Shown: positions 1 to 9,464, numbered from the stretch's first letter. The stretch is 64,000 nt of DNA from Verrucomicrobiota bacterium (GCA_013288215.1 JABDCI010000005.1:2962-66961); one strand, 5' to 3'. The notes: generated by a model from the sequence alone, not told the origin. Translations and numbers: made by a program.

Positions 1-48
1 AGCCACGAGAAGAACCCTGTTTTGAACATCAAAGTCGCCGATCTGCAT
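1..48 (-). CDS. 5' end of a further CDS running off the window (possibly a second NeuB/PseI-type synthase)
   Basis: There is an ATG at 48-46 on the minus strand, 14 nt after the carbamoyltransferase stop. The 16 visible codons, MQIGDFDVQNRVLLVA, resemble the N-termini of NeuB/PseI-family synthases. This is too short to be certain. Confidence 0.3.
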   Translation of the reverse strand, partial: MQIGDFDVQNRVLLVA

Positions 49-62
49 GGGAAATGAAGATA

Positions 63-1793
63 TTAACAATGCCCTTTTTGCAGCAAACAATCCCCCATCA
101 CGAGCGCGTCCAGGCCGGAAGAGAAAAAGGTGCGCACGGCATCCTGTGGAGAGCAGACCATGGGCTCCCCCTTCAAGTTGAAGCTGGTATTGAGAACAAG
201 AGGAAGTCCCGTGATCTTTCGGAATTCATCAATCAGCTGCCAGTAGAGGGGATTTTGCTTGCGATCCACTGTCTGCAGGCGGCCTGTTCCATCCACGTGT
301 GTCACTGCTGGAATCAGTTTTCGTTTTTCTTCGCGGATCATGAAAACTTTTTCCATGAAAGGCGTGGGAACGGCGTTTTCGAAATAGTCGTTGATGTGTT
401 CCGTCAATATGGAGGGGGCAAAGGGCCGGAACGGCTCGCGGTATTTCACCGTTTCATTGACCCGGTCTTTCATCGAGGCATCCCGGGGATCTGCGAGAAT
501 GCTGCGATTTCCGAGCGCACGGTCGCCGAATTCAAGGCGCCCCTGAAACCAGCCAATGATCTTGTCGGAAGCGACGAGTTTTGCAGCCGTCCGGGCGATA
601 TCCTTGTGGGTGGAATAGTTGATTTTGAATTTGCGCAACAGACTCCTGATTTCCTCATTGGAAAAGCCTGGTCCGAAATAGTTGGAACGCAAAATATGGC
701 ACCGAGGTTGTCCAAAAATCTGGTGATGACAATGATACGCCGCGCCAAGGCTTCCACCGGCGTCATCTGGAACCGGTGGAATGAAAACCTGTCGAAAAGG
801 CGTTTGCTCCAAGATTTTCCCATTGGCGACTGAATTAAAAGCAACGCCGCCTGCCAGCACGAGATTTTTGGAACGAGTCCTGGCGTGAAGCTGCTGCAGG
901 AGCCGGAAATAGACTTCTTCTGTGACGCGTTGTGCTGCGGCTGCAAGATCGTATTGTTCCGCATTCAGCGGTTGATCGCGCCTGTTTGGCGGTATTCCCA
1001 AATGCTGGATGAGCTTTGGAGTGTATCTTGAAGGCCTGTGGAACTGATAATGGTTGAAGTGGGTGAGATCCAATTCAAAGCCGTCGTCATTTTTCCAATG
1101 AATCAGGGAGCGCAGCTTCGGATAAAACCGGTTTGAATCCCCATAGGAACTCGCGCCCATCAATTTCCATTCATCGCTTTGAGCCTGAAAGCCGAGATAT
1201 TCTGTGATCGCAGAATAGAACGAGCCGAGACTGTGCGGGAATTCCTGCGACCAAAGAGATTGAATTTTGTTGGCCTTGCCTTTGTTGAAGGTGACGCAGT
1301 CCTTCTCTCCGAAAGCGTCCACGGTCATGATCGCCGCTTCCTCATAGGGTGAAACGAAAAATGCCGCCGCGTGGGCAAGGTGATGTGTCACATAATGGAC
1401 GCGCACCTGGGCTTCGTCGAGAAAGTGGAGAGTTTGTTCAGCAGCTGCTGCGAAATTGCCTTCCTTGAGCGCCATCAGATAGTTCGGGACACTGTAGAAA
1501 AGCTCGCCCAGGTAGCGGGGGCGCTGAGATTGAGCAAGGTTGAATGCTTCGAGATTGATCGCGGGGTTCCAGGAAACGGCGATCGCATCCAAGTCCTGCA
1601 GGCGGAGTGAAGCTGTTTTAAGCGCTTCGCGGATGCCCTGGACGGGAAAGGAGCGCGTGCGTTTCTCTCGCGTCAGCCGTTCTTCCTCGACGGCAAAGAC
1701 AACCTTGCCATCGACAAGCAGGGTGCAGGAGGTGTTGAAGCCCACCGGGCTGATGCCGAGGATTTTGCGAGAAGACCTGCGTTTGTGCTTCAT
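63..1793 (-). CDS. NodU/CmcH-family carbamoyltransferase
   Basis: 576-aa ORF. The N-terminus ILGISPVGFNTSCTLLVDGKVVFAVEEERLTREK and the motifs HHLAHAA and LNTSFN are typical of NodU/CmcH carbamoyltransferases. Confidence 0.85.
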   Translation of the reverse strand: MKHKRRSSRKILGISPVGFNTSCTLLVDGKVVFAVEEERLTREKRTRSFPVQGIREALKTASLRLQDLDAIAVSWNPAINLEAFNLAQSQRPRYLGELFYSVPNYLMALKEGNFAAAAEQTLHFLDEAQVRVHYVTHHLAHAAAFFVSPYEEAAIMTVDAFGEKDCVTFNKGKANKIQSLWSQEFPHSLGSFYSAITEYLGFQAQSDEWKLMGASSYGDSNRFYPKLRSLIHWKNDDGFELDLTHFNHYQFHRPSRYTPKLIQHLGIPPNRRDQPLNAEQYDLAAAAQRVTEEVYFRLLQQLHARTRSKNLVLAGGVAFNSVANGKILEQTPFRQVFIPPVPDDAGGSLGAAYHCHHQIFGQPRCHILRSNYFGPGFSNEEIRSLLRKFKINYSTHKDIARTAAKLVASDKIIGWFQGRLEFGDRALGNRSILADPRDASMKDRVNETVKYREPFRPFAPSILTEHINDYFENAVPTPFMEKVFMIREEKRKLIPAVTHVDGTGRLQTVDRKQNPLYWQLIDEFRKITGLPLVLNTSFNLKGEPMVCSPQDAVRTFFSSGLDALVMGDCLLQKGHC

Positions 1794-1820
1794 AAAGGAA
1801 CGGATTTCGGGGAAAGCCGA

Positions 1821-2840
1821 TTACGAGGTTTGGCTTTTGTACAGTTCGCGATACCATTTGATGTACTTTGGAAATCCGACTTCAATGGGATTCTGCGGAT
1901 TGTAGTCCAGAAGCGTGCGCGCTTTCGCGATGCTCAGCGTCCCGCGGAATGGAATCAGCTTGTCGCGTTCAGTATGCTCGACCACGGCGCCGGGGAATTC
2001 CTTTTTGACGACTTCGATCAATTCCTTGATCGCGCGGGCGTGGCCCATGGTGAGATTGAAGATTTGATTCTTTGCCTGGGGCTTGGTGAGAACCAGCCGA
2101 ATGCCTTCAATCAGGTCGTCGATGTAGGTGAAATCGATCTTCTCGTCGCCATCGCCTTCAACTCGCAACTTGGCGCCGGCAAACGCGTTTTCGATGAAAA
2201 TCTGGCCCACCCGACGGCTGACACAACGCGATCCGTAAAGAGCCGAAGGTCGGATGATCGTATAAGGCAGATCGAAGACCTGGTTATAAGCAATCACCAG
2301 TTTTTCCCCGGCCAGCTTGAGGGCGCCGTAGACGCCGATGGGATTGAGCGGATGATCCTCATCCACTTCCTCGGACTGGAAATTGCCATAAGCCATGCTT
2401 GATGAGAAATAGATGAAATGTTCGACGTGGCCCCGTGATGCATCGAGCGCATTTTCCAGCGTGCGCAGACTGTGATCGAAGGTGCTGAACGGATCCTTGT
2501 TAGAACGGTTCGCATGGGCGACTGCGGCGAGCTGGATCACGACCTGCGGCTGGACCATGCCGATGATCTTCGACACCGCGCCATAATCCCTCGCGTCCTG
2601 CACGAAGAGCGGGATTCCGGCGGCATTCAACCGATTTAACCGCTCATGGATGATTTGCACGTAAAGATCGCGTCCCACCATTGCGGAGGTGTTGGATGTG
2701 AAGGCGAGGAGGTTGTTGACCTGAAGGCTGTCCATGATGGAGACTTCGGCTCCGGATTCCTTCAGGGCCAGGGCCATGTTGTGTCCAATAAATCCTGCGC
2801 CTCCGATGAGAATGATGCGGCGTCCTTTTAATTCGGTCAT
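1821..2840 (-). CDS. NAD-dependent sugar epimerase/dehydratase (SDR family)
   Basis: It has a Rossmann motif, LIGGAGFIGHNM, at the N-terminus. The 339-aa length fits. It shows a 4-nt overlap with the upstream aminotransferase gene. Confidence 0.85.
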   Translation of the reverse strand: MTELKGRRIILIGGAGFIGHNMALALKESGAEVSIMDSLQVNNLLAFTSNTSAMVGRDLYVQIIHERLNRLNAAGIPLFVQDARDYGAVSKIIGMVQPQVVIQLAAVAHANRSNKDPFSTFDHSLRTLENALDASRGHVEHFIYFSSSMAYGNFQSEEVDEDHPLNPIGVYGALKLAGEKLVIAYNQVFDLPYTIIRPSALYGSRCVSRRVGQIFIENAFAGAKLRVEGDGDEKIDFTYIDDLIEGIRLVLTKPQAKNQIFNLTMGHARAIKELIEVVKKEFPGAVVEHTERDKLIPFRGTLSIAKARTLLDYNPQNPIEVGFPKYIKWYRELYKSQTS

Positions 2841-3994
2841 AAATGCCTTTCTACAACTTCCTTGAATGTGCCAGCGATCTCATCGATCTCCGCTTCGCCG
2901 AGGTGAGGACCAACCGGAAGCGCGATCGACGCGTCGCTGATCAATTCAGCGATAGGATAATGGGCGGCTTCATATCCATATTTATTGCGATAATACGTCA
3001 TGCGCGGGACAGGTTGAGGATAGTAGACGCTCGTTCCGATGCCTGAAGCGTTGAGTTCCAAAACAAGGTCGTTTCGATGGGAGCGGATTTTTTCGGGCAG
3101 GATCGCGCTCAGACAATAGTGGCTGCTCTTCCCATGATTAAAATGGATGTCGGGGACATGCACCCCCAGAATGGAAAGAATCTGAGCTTTCAGGCGCGAA
3201 AAATTCCTTTTCCGCGTGGCGAGGATTTCAGGAAGACGTTCGATTTGTTTGCGTCCGATGGCGGCGTTGATCTCACTCATTCGGTAATTTAATCCCAACT
3301 GGGGGACATCGTAGATTCCAGGAATTTTCCGTTCCTCAAATTTTCGATCGACGCCAAACCCGCGAACTTTGGTCACTTTCTCAGCGAGATCTTTGTGTTT
3401 CGTGACAAACATGCCGCCTTCACCGGTAGTGATATGTTTGGCTGGATAAAAGGAGAAGCATCCGGCGTCACCCCAAAGCCCGGCATGCTTGTCTTGATGG
3501 TATGTCCCGACAGCCAGCGCGCAATCCTCGATCACACGGAGTGAATGCTTGTCCGCGATTTGCATGACCTCGTCCATAGGGCATGGGATTCCGAGAAAAT
3601 GGACAACGATCAATCCCCGGGTTTTTGGACTGATTTTTTTCCTCAGGACAGAAACATCCATGTTTCCGTCCTGCTCGTTGCAATCCACGAACACCGGTTT
3701 GGCGCCCACAAGTTCGACCGCGTGAACCGTGGCCGTGTGGGTTTGTGCAGGCACGAGGACTTCGTCTCCCGGGCCGAAGCCGAGCTGCCAGCAAGCCAGA
3801 TGCAGAGCTGCCATGCAGGAACTGGTGGTCACCGCATGCGCACTGCCACCCATGAATGCGGAAAATTCTTGCTCGAAAGCTTTGTTTTGCGGACCGTGTG
3901 TTAAAACATCTCCGTCGAGTACTTCCAGAACAGCTTGCTTTTCGGAGTCGCCAATCGTGGGGCGCGCAAAAGGAATGGAGGTCTTTGTTTTCAC
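2837..3994 (-). CDS. DegT/DnrJ/EryC1/StrS-family sugar aminotransferase
   Basis: 385 aa. The N-terminus IPFARPTIGDSEKQAVLEVLDGDVLTHGP and the segment FSFYPAKHITTGEGGM, which carries the PLP-lysine context, are typical of the family. Confidence 0.9.
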   Translation of the reverse strand: MKTKTSIPFARPTIGDSEKQAVLEVLDGDVLTHGPQNKAFEQEFSAFMGGSAHAVTTSSCMAALHLACWQLGFGPGDEVLVPAQTHTATVHAVELVGAKPVFVDCNEQDGNMDVSVLRKKISPKTRGLIVVHFLGIPCPMDEVMQIADKHSLRVIEDCALAVGTYHQDKHAGLWGDAGCFSFYPAKHITTGEGGMFVTKHKDLAEKVTKVRGFGVDRKFEERKIPGIYDVPQLGLNYRMSEINAAIGRKQIERLPEILATRKRNFSRLKAQILSILGVHVPDIHFNHGKSSHYCLSAILPEKIRSHRNDLVLELNASGIGTSVYYPQPVPRMTYYRNKYGYEAAHYPIAELISDASIALPVGPHLGEAEIDEIAGTFKEVVERHL

Positions 3995-4998
3995 AAATAA
4001 GAAATGGGAACGGTGGCGCCCTTCTGAAATGCTTCATCCGCCGCGAAACAGACCTTCATGGCATCGAAGAAGCTCATGGTCTCTGACGTCATATCTTCGG
4101 ATGTTTGAATGGCCTGAACAAATCGCGGAATCAGCACGCCTTTGGATAATGGAAGAGATGCAAAGGGCAGGAGAGTGGCGGAAACATCCGGATCCCGCGT
4201 CATATGGAGTCTCGCGCCGGCGTCATCGAAAATACACGTCGCATGCGTTCCGAAAACCCTGATTACGTGATGGTGCCGATGCATGCAACCAAAATTCGCC
4301 GTTACGCGTCCGACTGCTCCGCTCGGAAATGAAAAGGTGGCCGCCATGAAATCGGGATGACGAAAAGCGCTGTCTTTTGTGCATATGCGATTCCCGACGC
4401 AGCTTGCTCTGTTGGGACGTTCGTTGAGCAGCCACATCATCAAATCGATCATGTGAACGCCACCGCCCTGGATTACCGAATAGAAGGGAATCTGCCCGCG
4501 CCATCCCTCGGTTAATTTGTGCACACGTCCGTAAAGATAATCTCCGTCCCATGCATAAACCGAGCCGAAAATGCCTTCCTGAATCTTCTGGTGCAGCTGA
4601 CGATAGAGCTCCGCTCCACGAAGAACCAGATTGGATCCCAATTGAATCTTCCCGCCATGACGTTTCCATGCGTTGTGGATGCGTCGAAGGTCCGCTTCAT
4701 TCTGGCAAAGCGGCTTCTCCAGAAAAATGTGTTTTCCGGCTTCGAGGGCGCGAACCGCCTGGGATGCATGCGCATCGTCATAGCTGGCGATTGCCACGAC
4801 GTCCAAATCGGGGATCCGAAACAGATCATCGGCCGAAGCTGTGATCGTGGCTTGTGGATGGGAGGCATGGACCTTCTGGAGTTTCTCTTCGGAAAAATCA
4901 CAGAGCGCCGCCACTTCACAGCCAGGACACTCTGAGAACGTTCGCGCCAGGGATTCGCCCACTCCAAGCCCGATGATTCCAATTTTCAGGTGTTTCAT
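3991..4998 (-). CDS. Gfo/Idh/MocA-family oxidoreductase
   Basis: MKHLKIGIIGLGVGES is a Rossmann-type N-terminus. I chose the ATG at 4998 rather than the longest ORF start at 5091, because 5091 would overlap the upstream gene, which ends at 5007. Confidence 0.8.
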   Translation of the reverse strand: MKHLKIGIIGLGVGESLARTFSECPGCEVAALCDFSEEKLQKVHASHPQATITASADDLFRIPDLDVVAIASYDDAHASQAVRALEAGKHIFLEKPLCQNEADLRRIHNAWKRHGGKIQLGSNLVLRGAELYRQLHQKIQEGIFGSVYAWDGDYLYGRVHKLTEGWRGQIPFYSVIQGGGVHMIDLMMWLLNERPNRASCVGNRICTKDSAFRHPDFMAATFSFPSGAVGRVTANFGCMHRHHHVIRVFGTHATCIFDDAGARLHMTRDPDVSATLLPFASLPLSKGVLIPRFVQAIQTSEDMTSETMSFFDAMKVCFAADEAFQKGATVPISYL

Positions 4999-5006
4999 GG
5001 AGAGAA

Positions 5007-5687
5007 CTACATTTTTTGCTTCAAGGAAACCAGCTCTTCCAGGCCGTAAGTCCAGTGAGGCCGGATCATATGTTTCAGCATCTCTTCGCATTGCTGAAAA
5101 TCAATCGCGTCATCCACCGAAAACTGCAAATGCGAGAGATCGGGGTTGTGATGAAAATTGAAAATCTGAAGCTCGTGGGGGTTCTGATAGCAATAATACG
5201 TGACGTGTTCCTGATCGTTCGGCGATGTCATTTTGGGCGCAGCTTCCAAAAATGCTGCACGTCGAAGAATTTCCACCGACTGGCCTTTTGGAAAGGATTT
5301 TGGAAAGGTGTTCGTGACGAGGTCGCAAGACTGGCTTTGAAAAATCTTCCAAGCCTGCTGAATGAGATCAATGTCCAGAAGAGGGCTATCGCCATTCACA
5401 CGCACGAAAGCATCCCAATCCTGCGTCTCCAGGGCGGAAACGAATCGTTGGGCGACGTTGTTCAAATCGCCCCGATGCACCGCGATGCCTTGCGATTTGC
5501 CCCATGCGGCGAGTTCGTCATCCGTGGGATCCGTGGAAGTCGCGAGCACGATTTCCGCGAGACAATCGCAATGTTGAAGCCGTTCCACAAGGTAATGAAG
5601 CATCGGACGGCCATTCATCGGCTTGAGGCTCTTGCCGGAAAATCGAACCGAAGACATGCGAGCTTGAATGATGGCGCCGAGCTTCAT
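5007..5687 (-). CDS. SpsF/NeuA-like cytidylyltransferase (CTP_transf_3 family)
   Basis: The N-terminus MKLGAIIQARMSSVRFSGKSLKPMNGRPMLHYLVERL matches the acylneuraminate cytidylyltransferase / SpsF pattern. Confidence 0.8.
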   Translation of the reverse strand: MKLGAIIQARMSSVRFSGKSLKPMNGRPMLHYLVERLQHCDCLAEIVLATSTDPTDDELAAWGKSQGIAVHRGDLNNVAQRFVSALETQDWDAFVRVNGDSPLLDIDLIQQAWKIFQSQSCDLVTNTFPKSFPKGQSVEILRRAAFLEAAPKMTSPNDQEHVTYYCYQNPHELQIFNFHHNPDLSHLQFSVDDAIDFQQCEEMLKHMIRPHWTYGLEELVSLKQKM

Positions 5688-5775
5688 AGGAATCCGCGGT
5701 TTTATGATGTTTCTGCGGACAGCCGCTTGCGAGAAAATTTCGAGTGATTCCCGAGTGAATGAAGGAGGATCCTTT

Positions 5776-6828
5776 TCATCGGAACATGTTCCATTTCAGA
5801 ATAGAGCCTGCCCGCACGTTGCGTGTGACCGTGCGTCCGATGACCTCTTCCCGACGGGAAGGAGGCAGCCCCGTGCCCGGGCGTTTACAGACGAGATGTT
5901 CCCTTGCGATCTTCGTTCCAGCGGGGAGGTTGATGGCGGCAACGAGGCTCTTGCGCATGACATCGGCCATGTGCGACTCGCTTTTTGCGGGTTCCTTTCT
6001 GCCGTTACCGAGTGAACGCTCGACCGTACGAATTCCTCGGACGAGCGCTTGCAGTTCCTTCGGCTCAAGAGAGGCTTTTTGATCAGGTCCAGGGAGATTG
6101 CGGCTCAAGGTGAAATGTTTTTCGATCACGCAAGCACCAAGCGCGACTGCGGCGAGCGAGATTTCGATTCCGAGCGCATGATCGGAGAATCCGATAGGAA
6201 GATTCAATTCCGATGCCATGGTCTTCATGGCGAGGAGATTGGATTCGGCAGGTTCGACAGGATGATTGCTGACGCAATGCAGAAGAATCAGCTCACAGTG
6301 GCGCGTGTTGAGGATGGTTTCCACCGCCGTCCGGATTTCTTTAAGGTCGGACATTCCAGTCGAGAGAATCATCAACCTGCCTTTGCGCGCAAGGTGTTCC
6401 AAAAACGGCAGATTTGTAATTTCACTGGAAGGAACCTTGAATGCCTCGACACCAATCTTCTCGAGCAGATCGGAACTCGCCTCGTCCAGCGCGCTGGAAA
6501 GAAAGAGAATCCCCTTTCGTTTGCAATATTGGGCAAGATCGTGATGAGCCTGCGCGGAAAGCTCCAGCCGCTTCAGCATATCGTAGTGGGATTCCAGTCG
6601 GGGCGAATGCTTGAGTTGATAGTCTGCCTTGGGAGCGCTGCGTGTGACGATGGCGTCCGTTTGAAACGTTTGAAATTTTACCGCGTCCGCTCCCGCCTGG
6701 ACGGCCGCATCGATCATTTGCATCGCCTTTCCCAGGTTGCCGTTGTGATTGACCCCCGCCTCCGCGATGATAAAACAGGGATAACCTCTGCCGATGGCGC
6801 GTTGTCCAAGCCTGACGGTGGTGATCAT
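5776..6828 (-). CDS. NeuB/LegI/PseI-family nonulosonic acid synthase with a C-terminal SAF domain
   Basis: From the internal ATG at 6828 the protein reads MITTVRLGQRAIGRGYPCFIIAEAGVNHNGNLGKAMQMIDAAVQAGADAVKFQ. The tail AGTKIAREHLVCKRPGTG is SAF-like. The upstream 89 codons of the longest ORF look non-coding. Confidence 0.85.
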   Translation of the reverse strand: MITTVRLGQRAIGRGYPCFIIAEAGVNHNGNLGKAMQMIDAAVQAGADAVKFQTFQTDAIVTRSAPKADYQLKHSPRLESHYDMLKRLELSAQAHHDLAQYCKRKGILFLSSALDEASSDLLEKIGVEAFKVPSSEITNLPFLEHLARKGRLMILSTGMSDLKEIRTAVETILNTRHCELILLHCVSNHPVEPAESNLLAMKTMASELNLPIGFSDHALGIEISLAAVALGACVIEKHFTLSRNLPGPDQKASLEPKELQALVRGIRTVERSLGNGRKEPAKSESHMADVMRKSLVAAINLPAGTKIAREHLVCKRPGTGLPPSRREEVIGRTVTRNVRAGSILKWNMFR

Positions 6829-6934
6829 AGGCTGATTTCCGCGGGGCGCATACCGGGAATATCCATAGAAGCGCCAACGGGCCTGTGCGCTTGTGGCGGG
6901 CGAACAACGGTGATGGGGGAGTGAAATTCCATGG

Positions 6935-7951
6935 CTATGCCCAAGGAAAAACTCGTTTGCGGGGGAGTTTGGTAGGTTCGAAGGCCACCGGCACATGGCC
7001 GTTTTCATGGGAAACGTAAGCGGCCACAAGGATTGACACTGTCTGGCGTCCGTCCTCGCCCGTGGGCGCGTTGCGATCGTTGATGAGCGCCTCAAGAACC
7101 GCTTTGGAAGGATCGAGCATTTCCGCCGGCCGAATTTTCAACGATTTTTCGACCGAGGGTGTGGCATAACGCGTGGTGGGAAGTTCGCGTTGCGGCTCCT
7201 CTCGCAAACTGAGGGACATGAGACCCGCGAGTTCGTCCACGACCATTTGGCCGTATGGGCCGGCATAGATCACCTTGGTTCCATGACCGAGATCGGCGCC
7301 GACCTCCATGTAAAAGCGTTTGCCGCTGCTTGTCGTAAAACGCACACATCCCGCCTGATCTTCAAATTGCGGGCCGCGTAAGTTGGGAACTTTTTCCGGC
7401 GAAAACCACGCTGTGACCTCCAGGGGTGTTTCGTTGGTGAGATAACGGAACATCTCGAAAAAGTGAGTTCCATTCATCGCCATGCCGATGTTTCCGGCGA
7501 TCACCGAAACGCTGCGAAGGCCTCCGAAGGAGTCAAGGTTCACGAGACGTTTTGCTTCGGTGTATTGCTGCATGAAGCGCATCTGGTGATTGATCGCGAG
7601 TTTGGTCTGGTGCGCCCGGCAGGCCTGGATCATCTGATCGCATTCGTCGAGTGACGTGGCCATGGGTTTTTCGCATAAAATATAGCGGGCGCCTTTTTCC
7701 GCAGAGCGGCATACGAGATTGCAGTGGGAGGGAGCTGTCGTGGCGACGATGACGCACTCCGGCCGCGCTTTACCGAGAAGAGTCATCGCGTCGGAAAAGC
7801 AGCGTTCCGCGGAAACACCGAGCTCTTCACGCACGGTTTCAAGGGACTTCGGATCACTGTCGCAGACACCCGCCAGCTCGAGGCCAAGATCGCGGACAAT
7901 TTGAATGTGACGCCGTCCCATGCGGCCAGCGCCTATAACGGCAACTCTCAT
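6935..7951 (-). CDS. Gfo/Idh/MocA-family oxidoreductase
   Basis: It has the N-terminus MRVAVIGAGRMGRRHIQI and the motif CEKPMA. It is the first gene of the minus-strand sugar cluster. Confidence 0.85.
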   Translation of the reverse strand: MRVAVIGAGRMGRRHIQIVRDLGLELAGVCDSDPKSLETVREELGVSAERCFSDAMTLLGKARPECVIVATTAPSHCNLVCRSAEKGARYILCEKPMATSLDECDQMIQACRAHQTKLAINHQMRFMQQYTEAKRLVNLDSFGGLRSVSVIAGNIGMAMNGTHFFEMFRYLTNETPLEVTAWFSPEKVPNLRGPQFEDQAGCVRFTTSSGKRFYMEVGADLGHGTKVIYAGPYGQMVVDELAGLMSLSLREEPQRELPTTRYATPSVEKSLKIRPAEMLDPSKAVLEALINDRNAPTGEDGRQTVSILVAAYVSHENGHVPVAFEPTKLPRKRVFPWA

Positions 7952-8139
7952 GTGTGAGATGTAGGTTTCCGCCTGGCTTTCAACAAATCAGTCCTTGACG
8001 GATCTCCATAAGGAAAGCAAGCCATGTGCCAAGAAACCCGCGCTTCAGCGTGAGTGATGTAAAGATCTTATATTGAGAAAAGGCTGTTCCACCTGTTTTC
8101 GAATGGACAGATGCAAGGGGTCGCTTTAAAGGATGCGCA

Positions 8140-9018
8140 GTGATGATGTCCTCTACCAAGGAAGATTCTTCCAAACTGGGTCAATTTATTCCGCTGCATT
8201 ATCACGCGAACATGTTGCGTGACAATGCGCGCATGACAGGGTTCAAGCAGGCGATTGAGAAGGTGGTGCCGCAGGGTGGAAAAGTGGTGGAGTTAGGAGG
8301 CGGCACGGGCGTGCTTTCTTTTTTTGCGGCTCATCGCGCTTCCAAGGTTTGGTGCGTGGAAAAAAATCCAGAGATGGTGCAGGCGGCACGCCGACTCCTT
8401 GCGCTCAATCCCTTTGCGGAAAAAATCGAAGTGGTCGAAGCGGATGCCATGACCTTTTTGCCATCCGAACCGATCGATGCCGTGGTATGTGAGATGTTGC
8501 ATTCCGCGCTCCTGCGCGAGAAGCAGGTCGAAGTGATTGACGGCTTCAAGCGAGCCTATGCGCAGCGTTTTGAAAAACTCCCGATTTTCATTCCGGAAGC
8601 GGTGATTCTGGCTGTGCAGCCAGTGCACCAGAATTTCAAGTTCCAAGGATATTATGCTCCCGTGCCGATGTTTTACGATCCGTTGGTTGCTTCCGACGAA
8701 ACGCAGGGACTCGGCGACCCCGTGAATTATAATATGTTTTTCTACGCTCAAGAATTGCCGAAACAATTCACCTGCGAACTGGAAATGCCGATCCATGCGG
8801 GAGGGACGGTGAATGCGCTGCGCTTTATCACAAAAAATGTCCTCGCAGCGCTCGTTGCGGAGAATTGTACGGTGGATTGGTTCAGCCAATATCTTGTGCT
8901 GCCTCTCTTTAGCCCGATTGTTGTTCAGAAGGGAGACGCAGTAAGGGTGCGTTTCCAATATCAACCAGGCGATTCCATTGAGACACTTACGCGTTCGATC
9001 GCGGCCGTTAAGAAGTAA
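8140..9018 (+). CDS. SAM-dependent methyltransferase with protein arginine methyltransferase (PRMT)-like features
   Basis: It shows HYHANMLRDNARMTGFKQAI, the SAM motif I VVELGGGTGVLS, the post-I motif KVWCVEKN, and an E-x8-E double-E-like loop in VVCEMLHSALLRE. About 150 aa of C-terminal domain follow. The start could be GTG 8140 or ATG 8143. Confidence 0.6.
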   Translation: MMMSSTKEDSSKLGQFIPLHYHANMLRDNARMTGFKQAIEKVVPQGGKVVELGGGTGVLSFFAAHRASKVWCVEKNPEMVQAARRLLALNPFAEKIEVVEADAMTFLPSEPIDAVVCEMLHSALLREKQVEVIDGFKRAYAQRFEKLPIFIPEAVILAVQPVHQNFKFQGYYAPVPMFYDPLVASDETQGLGDPVNYNMFFYAQELPKQFTCELEMPIHAGGTVNALRFITKNVLAALVAENCTVDWFSQYLVLPLFSPIVVQKGDAVRVRFQYQPGDSIETLTRSIAAVKK

Positions 9019-9101
9019 ACTTTTCCAACGACACAAAATCTCCCGTCTCTCGTTTTCCTGCCGCAAAACGGGGCAGGTGGAGGGCCTTGGACAGGCCCGT
9101 C

Positions 9102-9413
9102 TTACGAACCTTCGGGGGTCTTCGGCAGGTTTCCGACAAGGTTGCCGAATCCGGAAACAATCGCGAGGGGCGGATAGCCAACCGAGGAATGAACGGCTGC
9201 CTTTGCCTGACTCACTGTTTCGGGTCGCACATCCGGAACGCCGCGGAGCATATTCATGAATGTCTCGTACTCCTGGCTGAACGCGGATACTTGAGCGGTG
9301 TCCTGCGAGGCCACATCCGATGCCGGGGCGGCACCTTTCGGTGAAGCTCCAGCTGCGGGAGTATTATCCGAGGATCGGACGACACCTGCATTCGGTTGTA
9401 TGGGATTAATCAT
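9102..9413 (-). CDS. flgM: Anti-sigma-28 factor FlgM
   Basis: 103 aa. A Ser/Ala/Pro-rich disordered N-terminal half is followed by DVRPETVSQAKAAV, which is typical of the FlgM C-terminus. A FliA-type promoter lies immediately upstream. Confidence 0.7.
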   Translation of the reverse strand: MINPIQPNAGVVRSSDNTPAAGASPKGAAPASDVASQDTAQVSAFSQEYETFMNMLRGVPDVRPETVSQAKAAVHSSVGYPPLAIVSGFGNLVGNLPKTPEGS

Positions 9414-9437
9414 ATGTCAATACTGCCTCTATTGATC

Positions 9438-9464
9438 GGATCGGCATCCTCCAGATAAACTTGA
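9438..9464 (-). promoter_or_regulatory. Sigma-28 (FliA)-type promoter for flgM
   Basis: The minus strand reads cAAGTTT-N11-GCCGATcc (AAGTTT at 9462-9457, GCCGAT at 9445-9440). The recalled FliA consensus is TAAAGTTT-N11-GCCGATAA. The -10 element ends about 26 nt upstream of the flgM ATG. Confidence 0.6.

Noticed and set aside
54-833. 259-aa plus-strand ORF overlapping the carbamoyltransferase gene
   Set aside because: It is antisense to a 576-aa ORF with clear NodU/CmcH motifs. Its own sequence has no recognisable motif and has odd composition. It is a shadow ORF.
6829-7095. 89-codon N-terminal extension of the NeuB-family ORF
   Set aside because: The extension is Arg/Pro/Ser-rich and overlaps the 3' end of the upstream oxidoreductase gene. 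The conserved NeuB N-terminus begins at the internal Met (6828).
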